In this document: positions 59,700 through 64,000 of the stretch, in pieces
Position numbering within the stretch: the stretch's first letter is position 1
Layout: each line of letters begins with the position of its first letter
Assembly: GCF_006345805.1 (NCBI RefSeq)
Contig: NC_043019.1
Span: forward strand, 13,577,360 to 13,641,359
DNA length: 64,000 nucleotides
Source of the DNA: Octopus sinensis
Taxonomy: Eukaryota
Direction of reading: 5' to 3'
Made by a program: the position numbers and the translations under genes
Notes under the pieces: generated by a model
The model's input: the letters and a program-made list of their open reading frames with translations, nothing else
What the model was told of the DNA's origin: nothing
Databases searched by the model: none

Positions 59700-60905
59700 A
59701 TCAAGATGAGGATGTCAGTCCAACTAATATAAATTAGTTTTAGTTTGGCTGTCCTCCAGGGTTCTTCAGTGATTTTATGCGAGAACGCCATCCATCACGG
59801 TCTCCCATGCATGTTCTTAATTTGTCAAACTTTACCATTCCACTGTCCTGAAGCAAGGTTAGACATTCTCTTCCCCTGTTGATACTTCCTTCGACTAAAT
59901 GCCATAAAACCAGTTGACACATGGGTTCTTTTGGGTATCTGATGCAAGGACCATCAATCCTCATTCTTTTCATTCACTTTGGGTAGATCTTCACAAAGCT
60001 GCTCATTGGTTAAAATACACACACAAACACATACGGTGCTGGATTAAACATTACTCTTTTACTTGTTTCAGTCATGTGACTGCAACCATGCTGGAGCACC
60101 GCCTTTAGTCGAGCAAATCAACACCCGGGACTTATTCTTTGTAAGCCTAGTAATTATTCTATCAGTCTCTTTTGCCGAACCGCTAAGTTACAGGGATGTA
60201 AACACACCAGCATCGGTTGTCAAGTGATGTTGGGGGCACAAACACAGATACACAAACATATACACACACATACATATATACATACATATATATATATATA
60301 TATATACATATATACGACAGGCTTCTTTCAGTTTCCGTCTACCAAATCCACTCACAAGGCTTTGGTCAGCCAGAGGCTATAGTAGAAGTGGGACCAAACC
60401 TGGAACCATGTGGTTCATAAGCTTTTCCAAGCTTTTTGCTGAAGGTTCAAGTTTCAACACCACATAACAAAAAAAAGAACAAACTCTACCATGGAGACAA
60501 ACAACCTAATTTTTATAAAGCTGCCTCATTAGTTAAACGAGCTCTCCAGGAAATATTGAGAGCCATTCTTAACATTCTCATGTAGCAGTCGTTTTTTGTT
60601 TCCCAAGCTTTTTGGTGAGGGCCCAAATTTTAACACCATATAACAAAAAAAAAACTCTACCATGGAGACAGACAACCTAATTTTTAATTTATGTGCCATT
60701 CTAGAGCTCCAGATTTTGTGGCACACACCCCAAAGAAGTGCCTACCATACAACAAAGACCTCTACACTACTTTTCATACAAGCACCAAGGTACTTGAAGT
60801 TAGTATCTTCCCCAAGTTCCTTTCCATTTCTTGCAAAGAGGTGATTTGCTTGCTTGGGATGTCTAATATTCAGTCTTACCTGGTGTGTGGAACACCGTGC
60901 ACCTG
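59700..60905 (-). mobile_element. Fragmented RTE-clade LINE remnant interrupted by a SINE-A copy
   Basis: Degenerate peptides KIWSS...LKIRLSVSMVE and PKEPMCQLVLW...NRGR...LRTCMGDRDGWR resemble the RTE C-terminus at 38148. A ~90-bp internal duplication (about 60425-60512 vs 60603-60686) is present. Confidence 0.7.
60052..60420 (-). mobile_element. SINE-A, antisense, inside the RTE remnant
   Basis: Reverse-complement match. Further partial SINE-A copies occur at ~8425-8975, 16790-17545, 24133-24295, 24880-25025, 25655-25845, 45355-45505, 50372-50550, 56060-56285 and 57640-57850. Confidence 0.82.
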
Positions 60906-61799
60906 AACAGGTGATGTCAATATAAAAAGATATATTTAATAGTATACATAATATAAATTCCTAGTCTCAGAAATATAGAATTGATGAAAAATAAGATGAG
61001 GTGGTCACAGATGGAATGCCTTCACTCATAGGTCTACTCTACCAAAATTGACAGCAACAATAAAACAGGATGGTCACATCTGGTATCCCTTCAATCATAA
61101 TATATATTGCTGCTGTTGTTGTTTAACACAGAGTAGGTTCTGGCGAGGGAGGAGACCTATGATCAAAAACATTCCAAGCATGACCATCTCATTTGATTTT
61201 TTTTTTTTTCAAAAATTTTATCGAGACAGCAATGAAAATTTTCAAGAATTTTTTAAAATATTTTTTATATTTTAATATTTGAAATTTACTTTCTTTTCCC
61301 AAACTTTCCGCCTTCATCAATTTCATTTTCCTTTCTCTTCACTAACTTTTATTTTCTTCAAAACGTCTGACCTTAGGTCAGGATCAATTCACCTGCTCCG
61401 ACTTAATCTTTGTATTCACACCTACATATAATATATAGAACTGTACTCCCCAGTCAGTAGCATTCGTAGAACAAACATTTAGTTTTAGTGTTTTTGTAAA
61501 GGAAAGAAACCAGACTAGATTTTCATTGCTTGGTAACTGGGGGTTTACCAATCCAAACACTGGTTTGTGCTGCTTCATTGCGGTGAAAATATTGATTTCT
61601 TTAAAGCATTCATTCAGTAACTTCGGTTTATTTATTCTTTTATATATCTCTCATATCTTTTATCTTTTATTTGTTTCAGTCATTAGACTGTGGCCATGCT
61701 GGGGCATCACCTGAAAGTGTTTTTAATCAGATGTATCAACCCCAGTACTTTTTTTTTTTAAATCTGGTATTTATTCTGTTGGTCTCTTTTGTTACTTGC

Positions 61800-62044
61800 A
61801 GTAACAAGTGAAAACTGCAGTGAAGAAGTGGCTCAAAGAACAGTCAACAGAATTTTACGGGGCAGGGATACATGCTCTCATTCAAAGGTGGAACATTGCT
61901 ATTGAGAGAAACAGGGACTGTGTTGAGAAGTAGGGATGGGATCCACAGAGGACCAGCTTTATTTTGATGTATAATACATGTTCCTGTGTTGGTAATTATA
62001 CCTGTCCTAAACAAAATGGCATTACCTTTTGACTCACCCTCGTA
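61800..62044 (+). mobile_element. Mariner transposase 3' end with right TIR
   Basis: VKTAVKKWLKEQSTEFYGAGIHALIQRWNIAIERNRDCVEK* (61808-61933), then TIR cattaccttttgactcaccctcg and a TA target. Confidence 0.85.
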
Positions 62045-62305
62045 ATTTAGGCCCATGGCCAGTAATTTAGAGATGATGGCTCTTAGGCAATACCATTGAG
62101 TCCAATGGTTGACTGGCACTTTATTTTATCAACCCTGGTGGGACAAGAAGTAAAGTTGAGATCAGTGAGATTTGAACCTGTAAGAAAATACAGCACGGTA
62201 TTTTGTCCTTGACGCTCAACTGATTCTTAGAATCTGCCACCTAATAAATGTCACTGCTTTAGGCACAAAGCCATAAATATTAAGAGGAAAGAGTTAGTCA
62301 ATACC

Positions 62306-62537
62306 TATTTCTTTACTACCCCCAAGGGGCCACACACAGAGGGGACAAACAAGGACAGACAAACGGATTAAGTCGATTACATCGACCCCAGTGCGTGTAA
62401 CTGGTACTTAATTTATCGACCCCGAAAGGATGAAAGGCAAAGTCGACCTCGGCAGAATTTTAACTCAGAACGTAACGGCAGACGAAATACCTCTCAGCAT
62501 TTCGCCCGGTTACTAATGCTTCTGCCAGCTCGCCGCA
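62306..62537 (-). mobile_element. SINE-B, full length
   Basis: 13-bp TSD gttagtcaatacc at 62293-62305 and 62538-62550. Confidence 0.88.
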
Positions 62538-64000
62538 GTTAGTCAATACCGTCAACCAATACTTAACCGGTACTTTCTCAGCCCCAGGTAGAATGAAAGG
62601 CAAAACTGGCCTCAGTGGGGATAGAACCCTTAATGTCAATAACCAGAAGAAATACTTCAATGTATTTTATCCAACACTCGAATGATTCTGCTCGCTCATT
62701 GCCCTTAATATATCACTATAACACTGCTTTTAAGGGTGGTCTGCTTAAACTGTCACCTGGTTTAACACCACTCCCTGACCCTTAGAGGTTTTTAGTAGAG
62801 TTCATTCTGTTGCAAGTATTTGTGCAAGGGCTCCAGTTTGGGAGTAACATCTTTACTCCCTCCTACTGGTTTTGGATGCCCTGGAAAAAGTTCATGGCTT
62901 TTATTCTTCCTTGTGTGACCAAGTCATTAAGAAAAAACCAATGTGATAAACCTTTGTCACTGGTAAAAAGTAAATTTTATTGGAATGTATCAGGAGAAAA
63001 TGTCAACTGGATTGTCTATAGTTTATGGCTAGGTCTTACCATATAAACCTCAGTGAAATGAAGACAAAATTGGCTCCTGCATACTCTAGGGAAATTTGTA
63101 TCCTATATGCAAAGAGATTGAAGCAGAGCAAATGAGAAAACTTCTTCATATCCATGCAGCCTGCTTCTTCAAATCACCTAAGAACACATGAAGTCATACA
63201 GATCTCAAGGGGGAAAAGTATTGTATTTATTGCTGATAATTTCTTTATTAAGCCATGAATAAGCTATGTAGAACACAGAACCCTCATTCAAAACTTTTCT
63301 GCACCAGCCCAACGTTTTATTTCTATACTGACAACAGGAGAACACCACAACACTTGACATACACTTGAAGATCATAAAATTAAAACGAAATCACCACCAG
63401 ATATTCCTAATAATAGATTAAGTACCAGTGTTTAAGAACACATCAAAGTATTATACCATTTGTCTAAGAGAAAATTTTCATATCACATAACTTCTTGCTC
63501 TAATTCTAAACAAAAATAATGAACTTATTTCAAGGTGCCAACACAAGTACAAATGTTTTCTCATGAACAGTTACCTTGGGCATGTTGACGAGCAATTAAT
63601 GCTGAAGATCCATTCTTCTCATCAGGAGAACATTCCTGTACACAGAAATTAATACGAAACAAACATACCTCGGGGCTTAACACGTGTCCTAAACGAGAAG
63701 AATAATGTGTCAACATCTATCTACGCAATTCAAATTTTGAATTCAAATGTCGTGCACAGCATTTAAAAGAGGAGACCAGTTCAACAAGCCACTGCAAAGA
63801 AGTGGATTTGAATGAAAAATAAATAAAAGAGGGATATTAAAAAAATATATCCTGCATAATGTATTTTTACATTCATTCCTCTTTTATATACGTATACAAT
63901 ATGCTGCGTTTGAGAAGACCCGGCAAGCCAAGTGAGACCATAACCTCATGGCCTATGCCAGGGGTGTAACCAGCCCACTTATGCGTACCTTTTCTTCATT

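Overview
Eukaryotic, AT-rich, repeat-dense DNA, most likely from an octopod cephalopod. This is an inference from the tRNA-derived SINE families, the 5S rRNA terminal stem and the (TA)/(TG)/(CAT) microsatellite load. The only host protein-coding gene I can support is the 3' half of an exostosin-1 (EXT1/tout-velu) heparan-sulfate polymerase gene on the + strand. It has six coding exons (9379-9498, 37799-38050, 40231-40329, 42257-42346, 43927-44087, 45559-45922), all with AG/GT sites and matching phases; the upstream exons lie before the window. The rest is SINEs (families A, B, C and D are my own labels), RTE- and R4-type LINE remnants, a mariner 3' end, a non-autonomous Helitron, TTAA-flanked MITEs, fold-back elements, a processed 5S rRNA copy and many simple repeats. 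Most ORFs in the supplied track are microsatellite or SINE artefacts. The most interesting signals are: (1) two non-autonomous repeat families carrying minimal hammerhead-ribozyme-like cores, one behind a tRNA-like head; (2) a 5S rRNA-poly(A)-SINE chimera inside one 13-bp target duplication; (3) evidence that SINE-B inserts into itself at a GGTATT site and so builds tandem arrays; (4) a 163-bp duplication flanking one SINE insertion; (5) inverted SINEs bracketing three in-frame EXT1 exons, plus long fold-backs in the last intron and 3' region (circRNA and ADAR candidates). Exon, TSD and 5S coordinates were counted base by base; other repeat boundaries are approximate (about +/-10-20 nt).
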